A stretch of 64,000 nucleotides of DNA from Thermodesulfobacteriota bacterium. GTDB lineage: Bacteria; Desulfobacterota_D; UBA1144; Nemesobacterales; UBA2774. Under the pieces are notes generated by a model, which was not told the DNA's origin, searched no databases, and saw only the letters and a program-made list of their open reading frames with translations. Where the stretch lies: assembly GCA_965216785.1 (NCBI GenBank), contig OZ244197.1, positions 992,001 to 1,056,000 of the forward strand, read 5' to 3'. How positions within the stretch are numbered: position 1 is the first letter of the stretch; every line of letters starts with the position of its first letter. Positions 19,253 to 31,099 of the stretch are shown here, piece after piece. The position numbers and the translations under genes are program-made.

Positions 19253-19759
19253 ATGGAAGTATTTGAGTGCGTGAGCACGTTAAGCTCGATTAGAAATTAC
19301 ATCCAGAAAGAGGTGCCCGAGAATGTAATAATGGAAGTGCTAGAGGCCGGAAGGCTCGCTCCGAGCGCTCATAACGATCAGCCTTGGGATTTTGTTCTGA
19401 TACGCGATAAATCCGTGCTTAAGGGTATGGAAAGATTTTGTTTGAGCGGCAAGTTTATATCACAGGTTAGCTTCGCTGTCGTAGTCGTAACTGATCCTTC
19501 CTCCAAATGGCACGAGATAGACAGTACGCGGGCCGTGCAGAATATGGTGCTCACTGCGTGGGCAAAGAAGCTCGGATCATGCTGGATCGGGAGGCTCGAC
19601 AGGGAGGGGCTCATGAATTATCTTGGAATTCCATCTCACATGAATGTGCTAACTGTGCTTCCTTTCGGGTATTTTGACGAACACCTCGGGGGAGGCGGAA
19701 AATTCAGGAAGAGTCCCGAAGAGGTGTTTCATCTAAACAGGTTCGGACAAAGGATTTAA
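19253..19759 (+). CDS. Nitroreductase family protein
   Basis: ATG at 19253 after GAGGTG; SIRNY, APSAHNDQPW, LGSCWIG. Confidence 0.88.
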   Translation: MEVFECVSTLSSIRNYIQKEVPENVIMEVLEAGRLAPSAHNDQPWDFVLIRDKSVLKGMERFCLSGKFISQVSFAVVVVTDPSSKWHEIDSTRAVQNMVLTAWAKKLGSCWIGRLDREGLMNYLGIPSHMNVLTVLPFGYFDEHLGGGGKFRKSPEEVFHLNRFGQRI

Positions 19760-19902
19760 GTCCTGCCGCATCCTAGGTTATAAACGTCAATGACAGCGCT
19801 AGCTCCACAACATCCTTATTTTCAACGCCGGGGGTGTTTTGTGCTAGATAGTGATTATTATATCTATTGAATGGTTTTAAGCTTTTATTATAGGTATGAG
19901 AA

Positions 19903-20793
19903 ATGGATCAGATAATAGAACAGATTATTGATTTCCTGACAAAAATTACGGACTCGGTAGTGATCGATGTGGTCTCGACGGTGCTGCTACTTCTGGGAGT
20001 AATAGTGCTCAAGGCGCTGTTGATCCGAGTTTTTTCGTCCGAATCACGCCTTCCCTTTGAGAAGAGGAAGAGAAGGGCGATACACATCCGGAACCTGATG
20101 ATATTCATATTTATAACCGGTGTGATTTTCATCTGGTCAAAAGAGCTTCACGCTTTAGCGCTTTCTTTAGTCGCTTTGGCGTTTGCCATAGTCATAGCTT
20201 TTAAAGAGGTGATATCAAGCGCAAACTGGGAGATATTCAGAGCCGCGACAGACGCTTACTCGGTTGGTGACTATATAGAGATAAACGGCATGAGGGGCGT
20301 CGTGCTCGACCATAACTTTTTATCGACGACCATACAGGAATTGGGGCCGGGTAAGAGGTCAAACCAATTCTCGGGCCGCTCGATAACGATTCCAAATAAT
20401 ATATTTCTGACGGCTCCTTTGATTAATGAGTCCTACATGAAGGATTACGTTCTCCATACTCTTACAATACCGATGTCGGTTGATGATGATATAGAAAGGG
20501 CGGAGGAAATATTGCTCAACGCCGCGAATGAAGAATGTGAAGGGTATCTGGATAGCGCAAGGAGGCATTTCGACTCCCTCCGCTACAAGCTTAACATCGG
20601 TCTTTCCTCAGTCGAGCCGCGCGTGACGATCGAGATGTATGAGCCTGGCAGAGTAAACCTTATACTCCGGTTCCCGACGCCTTTTGCAAAAAAGTGGGTA
20701 CGTGAACAGCACATTTTAAAACGCTTCCTGCGCGATTTTAAGTCAAATGGGAGTTCGGGATCGGTAGATACTCCTCATAATCATTCAGATTAA
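19903..20793 (+). CDS. Small-conductance mechanosensitive channel (MscS family)
   Basis: TM helices, then YSVGDYIEING.RG.V and ITIPNN. Confidence 0.85.
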   Translation: MDQIIEQIIDFLTKITDSVVIDVVSTVLLLLGVIVLKALLIRVFSSESRLPFEKRKRRAIHIRNLMIFIFITGVIFIWSKELHALALSLVALAFAIVIAFKEVISSANWEIFRAATDAYSVGDYIEINGMRGVVLDHNFLSTTIQELGPGKRSNQFSGRSITIPNNIFLTAPLINESYMKDYVLHTLTIPMSVDDDIERAEEILLNAANEECEGYLDSARRHFDSLRYKLNIGLSSVEPRVTIEMYEPGRVNLILRFPTPFAKKWVREQHILKRFLRDFKSNGSSGSVDTPHNHSD

Positions 20794-20850
20794 TAAAGCG
20801 GAGCGAAAATGTGCTTTTATGGAAGAGTCGGCGCCGGTCAAGAGCTTGAT

Positions 20851-21747
20851 TTAATCTTCTTTATAATCTAAGAGCTTGTACTGAGGAACAGTCGAGGGTC
20901 CGTCGCCGCAGCTTTTAATTGTTTTTACAGCTTTTTTATCCTGGCCGATTTTAACTCTATGGGGTTTTTTATCTGGTTTTGAGAGAAATTTTACGCTGAA
21001 TTTCCTATCGCTTTTTTTGGAGTTTTTGAAAACGAGCTCAGATATTCCCGCGATACCTGTTTCTTTCCTCAGATAATATTCTGCAGCTTGAACTTCGCCC
21101 CTGTGGCACGAGCGGCCACGGAAGCTCTGAATGTTTACTTCTCCCTCCTCGTACTGCTCCATAAGTTCCTCCGCTGTCCTACCATCCATTACCCTTCCGT
21201 ATACCAATCCGTGCGGCAGGCATACGAAAGTGGACGCGAACCTATGCCCTCCTATGTGGTTCGCCTCCCAGGTCTGAGGTCCGTATTTTCCTTTGGAAAC
21301 GTCAAGGTAGACGGGCATGCCGATCTTCCCGCAGCACGTGTCGTACTCGCCGTTTGTGCAAATGATAAATATTTTCTCTTTTGAAATATATTTCTTGGAT
21401 TTCAGAATTTTTTTAATGTTAAGCGACTGCAGCTCTTCGTAGCCGCTGAATTTAAACTCGTACAATCTGGGATCGGTTTCATCCGAAACCGCGATATATA
21501 ATTTTAGCTGCTCGTCCGTATTCTTATGTTTTTTTATGAGCTGAAGCCGCGCGCCGGACACCTTTTTCAGCTCTTTATTTAAATGGGATTTTACGGCCTT
21601 TGGTATTTTGCTGTCTTTGTACGCCTTTCCCGACCAATGCCCTCTGTATTCGAGTAAAATCCATACATCTGCCTGCGGCGCAGTTCCGTGCATTTTCTCT
21701 TTTGATTCAAGAGAGCTTAAGTAGCATAGTGTCTTCGAGGCGCTCAT
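20851..21747 (-). CDS. Sucrase/ferredoxin-like (Apd1/Aim32-type) protein
   Basis: WILLEY...W, ICTNGEYDTCCG, WE..HIGGHRFA, G..YGRV. Confidence 0.85.
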   Translation of the reverse strand: MSASKTLCYLSSLESKEKMHGTAPQADVWILLEYRGHWSGKAYKDSKIPKAVKSHLNKELKKVSGARLQLIKKHKNTDEQLKLYIAVSDETDPRLYEFKFSGYEELQSLNIKKILKSKKYISKEKIFIICTNGEYDTCCGKIGMPVYLDVSKGKYGPQTWEANHIGGHRFASTFVCLPHGLVYGRVMDGRTAEELMEQYEEGEVNIQSFRGRSCHRGEVQAAEYYLRKETGIAGISELVFKNSKKSDRKFSVKFLSKPDKKPHRVKIGQDKKAVKTIKSCGDGPSTVPQYKLLDYKED

Positions 21748-21860
21748 TTTATGTAACCTTGTCTTCTTTAAGTATGTTAAATCTTGTGCGTTTTAGAAAT
21801 TACCGCAGAACATGATATTTTACAGCAAAGGAAATAATTGCAAGACTAAAGGAAAATATA

Positions 21861-22814
21861 ATGGATAAGTATGTGATTGGGCTGGACATTGGCGGGACGA
21901 ATATGAGAGGGGCGTTGATTGACGGGGACGAGGAGCAGGTCGATGAGCTGAAGATTCCCTCGGAGGCGAGTCGGGGTATCGAGAAGCTTATAGGTAATCT
22001 GGTGGAGTTTATCGACAAGATACGCCGAGGCAGGGAAATCTACGGTGTCGGTATCGGGATTCCCGGAATAATAGACTCGACGACAGGGGTGATAACGGCG
22101 GCGCCCAATATTAAAAATGTCCACAACTACCCGATCAGAGACGTGCTGAGAGAAAAGCTTGGTGGGAACATCAGGCTTGTTGTAGAAAACGACGCCAATA
22201 TGGTGGGGCTTGGGGAGTGGCGAAAAGGTGCGGGTAAAGATGTGGATTCTATGATTATGATGACTATAGGCACCGGTCTGGGAGGCGGACTGATACTGGG
22301 CGGTGAGCTGTGGAGCGGGGCCCACGGCATGGGGGGCGAGATCGGGCATATGACCATTAACCCACAGGGGCCGAGGTGTAACTGTGGAAATTACGGGTGT
22401 TTAGAGTCTTATGCTTCGGCTGTAGCCATAAGACGAATGGTGTCTGAGGCGATTTCGGACGGGAGTATAACGAATGCTCTTAGAGAAAGGATTAAGGACA
22501 AAGGCCCGGGAGAGATACCCGAGCTCGTTATGGAGACCGCGCTCAGTGGTGATGAGACGGCGCTAGGCATATGGCACGAGGTTGGTAAAGCGCTTGGAAT
22601 CGCGGTTGCTTCCCTGCAAAACCTGCTCGATGTGGATATGGTGGTACTGGGCGGGGGCATCGCGAACGCCTGGGATTTATTCATAGACACAGTGAGAGAA
22701 GAGGCGGACATGCGGGGATTCGATGCGCCTATGGGAAAGCTCAGAATAGAAAGGAGCGTCCTCGGTGACGACGCCGGTATATTAGGGGCCGGATATTTGG
22801 CTCTACAAAGCTAA
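21861..22814 (+). CDS. ROK family sugar kinase (glucokinase-like)
   Basis: GLDIGGT, ENDAN, GTGLGGG, GEIGH, CNCGNYGCLE. Confidence 0.92.
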   Translation: MDKYVIGLDIGGTNMRGALIDGDEEQVDELKIPSEASRGIEKLIGNLVEFIDKIRRGREIYGVGIGIPGIIDSTTGVITAAPNIKNVHNYPIRDVLREKLGGNIRLVVENDANMVGLGEWRKGAGKDVDSMIMMTIGTGLGGGLILGGELWSGAHGMGGEIGHMTINPQGPRCNCGNYGCLESYASAVAIRRMVSEAISDGSITNALRERIKDKGPGEIPELVMETALSGDETALGIWHEVGKALGIAVASLQNLLDVDMVVLGGGIANAWDLFIDTVREEADMRGFDAPMGKLRIERSVLGDDAGILGAGYLALQS

Positions 22815-22832
22815 GATCGGAATTGGGGGCTC

Positions 22833-24209
22833 TTAGAAAGGGTCATTCATAACGAGCTTGAATCTAAGTGTATCTTCGTCCTTTTTATTTACTTTAGCCC
22901 GCTCGTCGATCCTCATGCCCCCGATCCAGAAGATTTCTCCCTGGCTGATAAATATGGGCACTCTGCCTCTAAGGAATCTCGGCAGTTTTACGTCTGTAAA
23001 GTAGTCCTGCACCTTTTTAAACTTTTTCATACCCAGAGGCATAAACCTGTCTCCGGGCTTAAAGCTTCTTACTTCGACAGGGAACCTGATTGCGTCTGAA
23101 GAGAAGTACACAATATTTTCATCCCCGCTATCCAGTTCCGCAGAGCCTGCAGGCTCAATCTCAACATCAAACTCAGGGAAAGCGGATTTTCCCGGGGTTT
23201 CGATCACGTACGAAAACTCATTAGATAAAAGGGATTTTTCCGTTACCAGGAATTTGTCGTAGCTCTTTGCTATGACAGCCCCTCCGGGGAATTCTGCCTC
23301 GCCGGATGCTGAATCTGAAAGTAAGAAATCATCCGCCGCCGTAACATGTGTGTAAGAAACGGCGTTTAAGCTCTCGCTCACACGCTCAATTGATAATCTG
23401 AGACAAGAAAGCCTGAGCGATCTCGGGCTGTTTTTGAATGCGTCCAGACTACCAAGGAATTCTCCTTTACTGTTTTCATCGAAAATTTCATTATAAAGCT
23501 TCTCCACTTCCTCACTTATGTACTCCTCATAGGAGCGTAGTATATCTGCTGTTCTTGTAAGCGTATCCGTTAGCTGAGGGTTATACTCCGTTAGCACGGG
23601 GATCAGCTCTCGTCTCACCCTGTTTCTCAGAAACTCTAAAGAGGCGTTTGTGGAGTCCTCCACCCACCCTACGCCTTTTGATTTGAGGTACTCTTCGATT
23701 TCGCTCCGGCTGCAGAAAAGAAGCGGTCTTATCAAATAGCCTCTTGAGACAGGCGGGATTCCCGAAAGTCCCCTAAGCCCGCTTCCCCTGAGTAGTCTCA
23801 TGAGCACAGTCTCCGCCTGATCGTCCTTTGTATGAGCGGTCGCAACTTTGGATGCGCCCAGCTTTTCCCGCACTTCGTCAAAAAACTCATACCTGAGCTC
23901 ACGCGCCGCGTCTTCGAGCGAGAGTCTCTTCTCTTCTTTATAGGCTAACGTATCGACTTTTTTGTGCTCGAATCTTATTCCAAGGTCGGCGGCGGCTTGT
24001 TCAACGAACTCTGAGTCCCTTTGTGCCTCATCCGCCCTGATGCCGTGATTCAGATGCGCTGCGGTAATTTCAAGGTTTAGCTCTTTAAGCTCGCTTAATA
24101 TATGAAGAAGCGCGATGGAATCCGCCCCTCCGGATACGCCTACTACCACTTTTTCTCCGGCGGTGAGCATATTATATTGCTCAATTGTTTTTAGTACCCT
24201 TTCCACCAT
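22833..24209 (-). CDS. tilS: tRNA(Ile)-lysidine synthetase
   Basis: VGVSGGADS, AHTKDDQAET, RPLL, RNRVR; ATG at 24209 chosen as start. Confidence 0.95.
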   Translation of the reverse strand: MVERVLKTIEQYNMLTAGEKVVVGVSGGADSIALLHILSELKELNLEITAAHLNHGIRADEAQRDSEFVEQAAADLGIRFEHKKVDTLAYKEEKRLSLEDAARELRYEFFDEVREKLGASKVATAHTKDDQAETVLMRLLRGSGLRGLSGIPPVSRGYLIRPLLFCSRSEIEEYLKSKGVGWVEDSTNASLEFLRNRVRRELIPVLTEYNPQLTDTLTRTADILRSYEEYISEEVEKLYNEIFDENSKGEFLGSLDAFKNSPRSLRLSCLRLSIERVSESLNAVSYTHVTAADDFLLSDSASGEAEFPGGAVIAKSYDKFLVTEKSLLSNEFSYVIETPGKSAFPEFDVEIEPAGSAELDSGDENIVYFSSDAIRFPVEVRSFKPGDRFMPLGMKKFKKVQDYFTDVKLPRFLRGRVPIFISQGEIFWIGGMRIDERAKVNKKDEDTLRFKLVMNDPF

Positions 24210-24849
24210 TATCAATCTGGCTTGCTGCGAGACCGGCGGACATTATGATCCTAAAAGCGTCCTCTACCGATATCGAAAGCTCCTTCACGTCTTCTTGCGG
24301 GATCATGATATAATACCCGCTGGTTGGGTTGGGTGTGGTGGGGACGAAAATGCTGACAAGCGTTTTATCCGTCTGGTTATGCTGCATTCCGGGCTCGAGC
24401 GTGCCCGTGATAAACCCGATCGAATAAATACCCTTTCTCGGGTATTCGAACAAAGCTACCCTCTTCAGGTTTTTCATGCCCGTTCCCATGAAAAGGGTTT
24501 CTATAATTTGCTTGATTGCTATGTATATGGTTCTCGCAAGCGGTATCTTTGTTATAAGTAGCTCACCGAAAGCGACCAATTTTCTACCCAGGAAATTCCT
24601 TGCAACCGCACCTACTATGAGAACGATAATAAGAGTGGCGAGCACGCCTATAATAAAAGTGATTGTCTGTGATACAAATGGATGGAGCTGGTCCAGCAAG
24701 CCGCCCGTGAATATTTGTGTTTTGGAATTGACAAACGCTATAATCCATTTGCCGATTGCGAATAGGATGAATAGAGTGAGTATGAAGGGTACTGTGACTA
24801 AAATACCCGTCAGTATGTTTTGCCTGAAGAAACTATAGATCTGTTTCAT
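24181..24849 (-). CDS. DUF502 family membrane protein
   Basis: EYPRKGIYSIGF, VFVPTTPNPTSGY-type motif. Confidence 0.9.
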   Translation of the reverse strand: MKQIYSFFRQNILTGILVTVPFILTLFILFAIGKWIIAFVNSKTQIFTGGLLDQLHPFVSQTITFIIGVLATLIIVLIVGAVARNFLGRKLVAFGELLITKIPLARTIYIAIKQIIETLFMGTGMKNLKRVALFEYPRKGIYSIGFITGTLEPGMQHNQTDKTLVSIFVPTTPNPTSGYYIMIPQEDVKELSISVEDAFRIIMSAGLAASQIDNGGKGTKNN

Positions 24850-24852
24850 TCA

Positions 24853-25137
24853 TTAAGCGGTTTGCTTATCTATTGCGTCGCGGAGGAAACGGCTGGGTTT
24901 AAATACGACAGCCTTTCTCTCTGCGATTTCAATAGTATCGCCGGTAGCGGGATTTCTTCCCTTTCTTGCTTTTCGGTTCTGAACCCTGAAGCTTCCGAAC
25001 CTAGGGAGTTTTATCCCTTCTCCGCTGCTGAGTTTGTCTTTGGCTATATCAAAGAAGAATTCGACTATCTCTGCCGACTCCCTCTTTGAAAGCCCTATTT
25101 TAGTATGAATAACATCAGCCAGTTCTTTCTTTGTCAT
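24853..25137 (-). CDS. ihfA: Integration host factor subunit alpha (HU/IHF family)
   Basis: MTKKEL, KL..FGSF, GRNPATG; canonical position after pheT. Confidence 0.8.
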   Translation of the reverse strand: MTKKELADVIHTKIGLSKRESAEIVEFFFDIAKDKLSSGEGIKLPRFGSFRVQNRKARKGRNPATGDTIEIAERKAVVFKPSRFLRDAIDKQTA

Positions 25138-25152
25138 TATCCTTACCTCTCC

Positions 25153-27564
25153 CTATATTGTACGCAATTGAGCTCCGAGAGCCAACTCGAGGTTTCGAAC
25201 TGTTTTTTCTTGCGCCTTGTTAATTTCTTCTTCAGTAAGTGTTTTATCAGCCGCTCTCATTTGAAGCGATACGGCAACACTCTTTTTTCCTTGCTCTACC
25301 GGGTCTCCCGTGAATACGTCGAACACCTGAGCGTCCTCTATCAAATTAGACCCTGATTTTTCAATTTCATCAAGTATTCCGCTGGCAGGAGTTTGCGCAT
25401 CCACAATAAGAGCTATGTCCCTTCTTACCGATGGGAACTTCGGAAGCGTGGTAAATGTCGTCCTATGAGCTTCAGATACAGACGAGATGATGTCCAGATC
25501 TATCTCGAATACATAGAGCCTCTTAGAAATATCAAGCTTGTCACGAAGATCAGGGTGTATTTCCCCAATATAGCCCGCGCCCTTACCGTCAATTTCAATC
25601 GCCGCGGATTTTCCGGGGTGTAAGAACCCGTAGCTGTGATTGCTTTCAAACTTAATATTATTGTTTGCCAATAGGGATTCAAAAGCGTTTTCGAGTACAG
25701 ATTTAAGGTCGAAGAAATCAACCTCTTCTTTTTCCCAATACTCTGCGCCCCTTCTTCCCGCAGCCACAGCCGCGATTTTATTTACCTCTTTCGGAAGGTT
25801 GTTCTCGTCTTGGGGATAGTAGGACTTACCGATTTCGAACAATTTAATATCCTGAGCCTGGTGGTTCAGGTTTAATACGGCGTTTCTGATAAGCCCGGGC
25901 ATAAGGCTTGTTCTCATCGCCGAGCTTTCTGTCGTAAGCGGGTTTAATATGCTGAGCGTATCGTGTTTTTCGAACAGTGTAAGAACTTCGGGGTCATCAA
26001 AGCTGTAATTTATAACCTCATAATAACCTCTGGAAGTAAGTATGCTCTTAAATCTTTGCTTTACTTTGTCACCCGAATTCTTGGTTTCGGTTTTCATAGT
26101 AACAGACGGGAGTGTCGTGGGAATGTTGTTATAACCATGCAGCCTGGCTATCTCTTCGATTAAATCTATCTCTCTTGTAATATCGACCCTGTACGTAGGC
26201 ACCAAAAAGTGCATTTCGCCCTCTTTAGTCTCAATGTGCTCGATTCCAAGCTCTTTCAATAGCCGTGTTATATCTTTTTCATCTAAAACGGAGCCCAGCA
26301 TTTTATTGGCTCTCTCAATTGAGAGTTTTGCTTTTTCGGGCTCTATCGGATTTGGGTATTCGTCTATTCTTCCCCCGGATACCTCGCCCCCTGCGAGCTC
26401 TCTTATTAACTCAGAGGCTCTGTCTAAAGCGTTTATTATGCCGTTTGGATCGACTCCCCGCTCGAAACGGTAAGAGGATTCAGATCTTAGCCCGGTTGAT
26501 TTTGATGTTTTTCTCACGGTCACGGGGTCAAAGTAGGCGCTCTCGAGCAGTATATCTGTTGTTCCCTCAGATACCTCAGTCGTAGCTCCTCCCATAACGC
26601 CCGCGAGCGCAATTGGTTTTTCGGCATCGCAAATCAAAAGGTCTTCTTCAGTTAATTTTCTCTCAACACCGTCCAGTGTCTCAATAGTCTCGCCTTGCGC
26701 CGCAGCTCTTACAATGATTTTATGATCTGAAAGTAAATTATAATCAAACGCATGAAGAGGCTGTCCAAGCTCCAATAGAACATAGTTCGTAACGTCAACG
26801 ACGTTATTTATGGACCTGATGTCTGAGGATTCGAGTCTCGTTTTCAGCCACTGGGGCGAGGGGGCAATCTTAACGCCCTTAATTACCCTGCATGAGTATC
26901 TGGGGCATTTCTCTGAATCCAGAAGTTCTACTTTCGCAAGCCCTGTTATTTTGTCCCCAGATTCCTGAACACTTAAGTCCGGATACTTTACAGTAGTGCC
27001 TGAAAGAGCGGCTACTTCTCTTGCTACACCTGTAAGGCTAAGGCAGTCGGGCCTGTTGGGTGTGATGCCTATCTCGAAAACGACGTCGTCGAGCGCAAGC
27101 TCCTCAATTATGCTAGAACCGACTTTAGTTGCTTGGGGCAGAATTAAAATACCTTCTGACTCCTGGCCGATTCCTATTTCGTTCTCAGCGCAGAGCATGC
27201 CTTCGGAGACTTCACCCCTGATCTTGGCTTTTTTTATCTTTAATCCCTCCGGGAATTTGGGTCCCGGGGGCAGGTGGGCGCCGATTTTCGCAAGCGCAAC
27301 CTTATCGCCCGCTTTCATGTTCGTCGCGCCGCATACAATCTTGTAATTTGTTTCGCCGTCTGTAACATCGCAGAGAGTAAGCTTGTCAGCGCCCGGATGA
27401 GGTTTTGTTTCCAGTATTTCGGCCGTTACCACATCGTCCAGGCCTTTTCCCTGATACTCTACCGCTTCCACTTCAAGTCCTCCCATTGTAAGACTATGGG
27501 CAAGCTCCTCCGGGGACATATCGAAATCTACGTATTCTTTAAGCCAGCTTAGTGTGAATATCAT
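25153..27564 (-). CDS. pheT: Phenylalanine--tRNA ligase beta subunit
   Basis: HPGADKL, IVCGATN, TPNRPDCLS, SSYRFERGVD, DLIEEIAR, FPSVRRDIA. Confidence 0.97.
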   Translation of the reverse strand: MIFTLSWLKEYVDFDMSPEELAHSLTMGGLEVEAVEYQGKGLDDVVTAEILETKPHPGADKLTLCDVTDGETNYKIVCGATNMKAGDKVALAKIGAHLPPGPKFPEGLKIKKAKIRGEVSEGMLCAENEIGIGQESEGILILPQATKVGSSIIEELALDDVVFEIGITPNRPDCLSLTGVAREVAALSGTTVKYPDLSVQESGDKITGLAKVELLDSEKCPRYSCRVIKGVKIAPSPQWLKTRLESSDIRSINNVVDVTNYVLLELGQPLHAFDYNLLSDHKIIVRAAAQGETIETLDGVERKLTEEDLLICDAEKPIALAGVMGGATTEVSEGTTDILLESAYFDPVTVRKTSKSTGLRSESSYRFERGVDPNGIINALDRASELIRELAGGEVSGGRIDEYPNPIEPEKAKLSIERANKMLGSVLDEKDITRLLKELGIEHIETKEGEMHFLVPTYRVDITREIDLIEEIARLHGYNNIPTTLPSVTMKTETKNSGDKVKQRFKSILTSRGYYEVINYSFDDPEVLTLFEKHDTLSILNPLTTESSAMRTSLMPGLIRNAVLNLNHQAQDIKLFEIGKSYYPQDENNLPKEVNKIAAVAAGRRGAEYWEKEEVDFFDLKSVLENAFESLLANNNIKFESNHSYGFLHPGKSAAIEIDGKGAGYIGEIHPDLRDKLDISKRLYVFEIDLDIISSVSEAHRTTFTTLPKFPSVRRDIALIVDAQTPASGILDEIEKSGSNLIEDAQVFDVFTGDPVEQGKKSVAVSLQMRAADKTLTEEEINKAQEKTVRNLELALGAQLRTI

Positions 27565-27675
27565 GGTTACTCCCGACGTAAAAGTTAATACTTACATATT
27601 CTTAGGTTAGGGTCAATACTGTTTTTGTTCATATAGTGTGCGTTATAAAATCCTCGACTCTATATAACGCGAATT

Positions 27676-27722
27676 ATAAAAAATGCGGTGAAGCCGGTAT
27701 TTTACCAGACATCACCGCATTT
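27676..27722 (-). terminator. katG terminator
   Basis: AAATGCGGTGA...TCACCGCATTT stem followed by a T run on the minus strand. Confidence 0.75.
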
Positions 27723-27779
27723 GTATTTAATTTGTATTTTTCTTGCCGGAATAAACTACTGCTTGCTGCATTTTTCGAG

Positions 27780-30032
<2,253 letters not shown>

Positions 30033-30079
30033 TTATTTTCGCTTGTCTATATTATTTCAAAATTGTGTATAGTTGTCCA

Positions 30080-30116
30080 ATATTGAGTTACTATATATAT
30101 TATAGGTAACACCTAT
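30080..30116. promoter_or_regulatory. OxyR-type operator between katG and the LysR regulator
   Basis: ATAT-N7-CTAT-N7-ATAG-N7-CTAT, a 15/16 match to the OxyR consensus ATAG-N7-CTAT-N7-ATAG-N7-CTAT; an extra in-phase ATAG lies at 30069. Confidence 0.75.
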
Positions 30117-30175
30117 GGGTAATGGTTCACTTTATCTACTAGTAAACACGCGTGAGAGGCCGTACATATAACACT

Positions 30176-31081
30176 ATGGAATTACATCAATTAAGATACT
30201 TTGTCGCAGTCGCCGAGAGCGGAGGATTTAGTAAGGCCGCAAAGAGGTGCTTTGTTGCCCAGCCTTCGCTGAGCCAGCAGATTATTAAGCTTGAGGCCGA
30301 GCTTGGCAGTAAACTCTTTGACAGATTGGGCAGGAGCGTCGTGCTTACAGAAACAGGTAAAGCGCTGTTGCCAAAAGCAAGGCTTATACTGTCTGAGGCC
30401 GATAATATTAAGACCGGTATAGCGGAAGAAGTGGACTCGGGAGCGGGAACCCTGAGCGTAGGAATTATCCCGACAATCGCCCCTTACATGCTGCCTGGCT
30501 CATTGAAGAGGTTTTCTGAATCTTTTCCTCGGGCCAAAATGGCGCTAAGTGAAAACCTGACAGAGAATCTTGTTGAAGGACTGCTCGATCTTGAGATCGA
30601 TATTGCTGTTATGAGCCTTCCGATCGACAATAAGCTTGTTCAGACAGAGGTTTTATTCGACGACCCTCTGGTGCTGGCGCTTTCTCCTGAGCATCCTTTA
30701 GCTAAAGCCAAAGAGATTAGTATTGGCGATCTTAAGGAAATCCCATTCATTGCTCTTGGAGAGGAGCAGTGCCTTGGGGAACAGGTAAAAAATTTTTGTT
30801 ATGAAAGACAGATCAATCCCGATATAATTTGCAGGACCTGGAACCTATCCACCATACAGCAGTTCGTATCGCTGGGGGACGGGGTGTCGCTAGTGCCAAA
30901 GATGTTTGTTAATACGGACACTTCCGCCACTTGTATTTATAGGAATATTGAAGACCAGACGCCTGCGCGCACGATCGTTGCGGCCTGGCATAAACATAGA
31001 AAGCCTTCCATGCTGGCTAAAGGTTTCATCCGAATTATTCAGGAGGAATACGAGTCCCTGCTAAGGTCTCGGGATATTTAG
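30176..31081 (+). CDS. oxyR: LysR family regulator, OxyR-like
   Basis: LRYFVAVAE..FSKAAKRCFVAQPSLSQQI; GIIPTIAPY; EEQCLGEQVKNFC resembles the OxyR C199/C208 region; divergent from katG. Confidence 0.7.
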   Translation: MELHQLRYFVAVAESGGFSKAAKRCFVAQPSLSQQIIKLEAELGSKLFDRLGRSVVLTETGKALLPKARLILSEADNIKTGIAEEVDSGAGTLSVGIIPTIAPYMLPGSLKRFSESFPRAKMALSENLTENLVEGLLDLEIDIAVMSLPIDNKLVQTEVLFDDPLVLALSPEHPLAKAKEISIGDLKEIPFIALGEEQCLGEQVKNFCYERQINPDIICRTWNLSTIQQFVSLGDGVSLVPKMFVNTDTSATCIYRNIEDQTPARTIVAAWHKHRKPSMLAKGFIRIIQEEYESLLRSRDI

Positions 31082-31099
31082 TAAACTTTACATTCTAAG

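Noticed and set aside
22654-22668. GGCATCGC matches to the repeat core in the ROK gene (and pheT ~26623)
   Set aside because: Only 8-nt matches within conserved coding sequence; the flanks do not align.
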